Source: Neoechinorhynchus agilis
Lineage: Eukaryota; Animalia; Acanthocephala
Assembly: GCA_051530055.1 (NCBI GenBank)
Contig: JBMGUZ010000086.1
Span: 1-8,953, forward strand
Reading direction: 5' to 3'
Length of the DNA stretch: 8,953 bases
Shown: positions 7,770 through 8,953 of the stretch, one piece after another
Layout of the letters: the number at the start of each line of letters is the position of its first letter
Position numbering within the stretch: position 1 is the stretch's first letter
The notes under the pieces: generated by a model
Database searches by the model: none
The model's input: the letters and a program-made list of their open reading frames with translations, nothing else
What the model was told of the DNA's origin: nothing
Program-made: the position numbers and the translations under genes

Positions 7770-8953
7770 ATTCCCAAGAAATTCATCAGGATCTCCAACC
7801 GCGACCCTCCATGGATAACCCTTATTTTAAAACTTCTACAATTGCAAGCTTCTAAGGCCCATCGCAATAACTCTCCATTTACAAAAGGCACTTTCTAACA
7901 AAATGCTTATCGCCCGCAAACACTTCCTTTCCTCTAAAATTCGATCAGGTGGCAACTCAACATGGTGGCGCCCGTCAAGGACTCTCTTGGTATACGCCAC
8001 CCGACTCCCTTCCCTAATTTGTCCTCCACTAAATATAAATAGGTTCTAGATTCCATTAATCAGAGCCTCTGCCCTGACTCAATTTACAATCACTGCTCAA
8101 CCTTCTGTCAACTCGCCGATACTACCCTTAGTTTCATCATATGAAGTACAACAAAGAAACCGCGCTCTCGATCTGAAATCCCAAACTGGCTCTTCGTTGC
8201 ATCACCCCGAACTCATCGACCCTCTTACCCACATTATAAACCTCAGCTTTTTATATGGTATCCACCCCGCGTGCCTGAAAACTGCTAAAGTTATACTTGT
8301 TCCCAAAAAAAAGGCATCCTATTTCGGCCGAATCATTCTGTCCAATTTCCATTCTATCCGCTCCTTCAAAAATCATCGAAAAATGTTTTAAATCTCGCCT
8401 TCTTCCACTTCTCCACGAAAAGTTATCGCCACTACAATTTCGCTTCCGACCCGAAGTTTCTGCTAGCGATACCCTACTTTGAATTTATGACACGCTTCTA
8501 CGTAACCTCGACAATAATTCCTCCCACGTCACCCGTCTCATTCAACTTGATTTATCTAAAGCTTTCGACTCAGTGGACCATTCACTCCCTCTCCGGGCCT
8601 GCTCCGATTTTGGTTTCCACTTGTGGCCGACCCGCTGGCTCGAATCTTATCTTCACAATCGCAAACAATACATTCACTGCCGTTCTACCTCTTCTATCGG
8701 CCTATTCCTCTCCAAAGGCATATCTCAGGGTGCTGTATTGCCACCACTTCTTTTCAGTAATTTAATAAACGACCTCAAACCTCTTTCCTCTCGCTCTAAA
8801 CTCTTCTTATACGCCGACGATATAACCCCACATCACCCATTCATCACCCCACCTCTCCCTTTCTTTAGCCTGTAAAGAAATCATACACATAAAGGATTTC
8901 TGCACCAATCACAAACTCCATCTCAATTTCTCTAAATGCTCCGAAATGATCAC
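7770..8953 (+). mobile_element. Second 5'-truncated CR1-group LINE (related subfamily), disrupted ORF2 linker + RT, runs off the window
   Basis: IPKKFIRISNRDPPWIT (7770-7820), NSTWWR, PELIDPLTHIINLSF, FCPISILSAPSKIIEK, QLDLSKAFDSVDH, GISQGAVLPPLLF, YADD (8810-8821), LNFSKC near the window end. Frameshift near ~8310. TGA at 8480-8482 aligns with Cys in the left copy. Confidence 0.93.

Noticed and set aside
1-8953. Prokaryotic systems (retron, group II intron, DGR, CRISPR) suggested by multiple RT genes
   Set aside because: All RTs carry eukaryotic LINE or Gypsy hallmarks (APE, RNase H, integrase, LTR). There is no operon structure, repeat-spacer array or template/variable repeat pair.

Overview
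Eukaryotic (probably animal) DNA that is mostly a cluster of decayed retrotransposons. From left to right: (1) the 3' part of an RTE-clade LINE on the - strand (1-~805); (2) a 5'-truncated CR1-group (L2/Rex-Babar/CR1-like) LINE on the - strand with a full but frameshifted RT (~812-2405); (3) the 3' half of a Ty3/Gypsy LTR retrotransposon on the + strand (RT-RNaseH-integrase, PPT and a 161-bp 3' LTR; ~2423-4730); (4) the APE-endonuclease (5') part of an RTE-clade LINE on the - strand, abutting the LTR (4731-~5150); (5) an AT-rich ~2.6-kb interval with coding-like but unassignable fragments, including a weakly SAM-like stretch; (6) a second, diverged CR1-group LINE on the + strand running off the window (~7770-8953). 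The main structural inference is that (1) and (4) are the collinear halves of one RTE element split by a ~3.9-kb Gypsy+LINE block. All elements carry frameshifts, stops and internal deletions. I found no intact gene, RNA gene or CRISPR array, and no convincing new biological system. Family calls are from remembered motifs, not database searches, and all element boundaries except the LTR are approximate.
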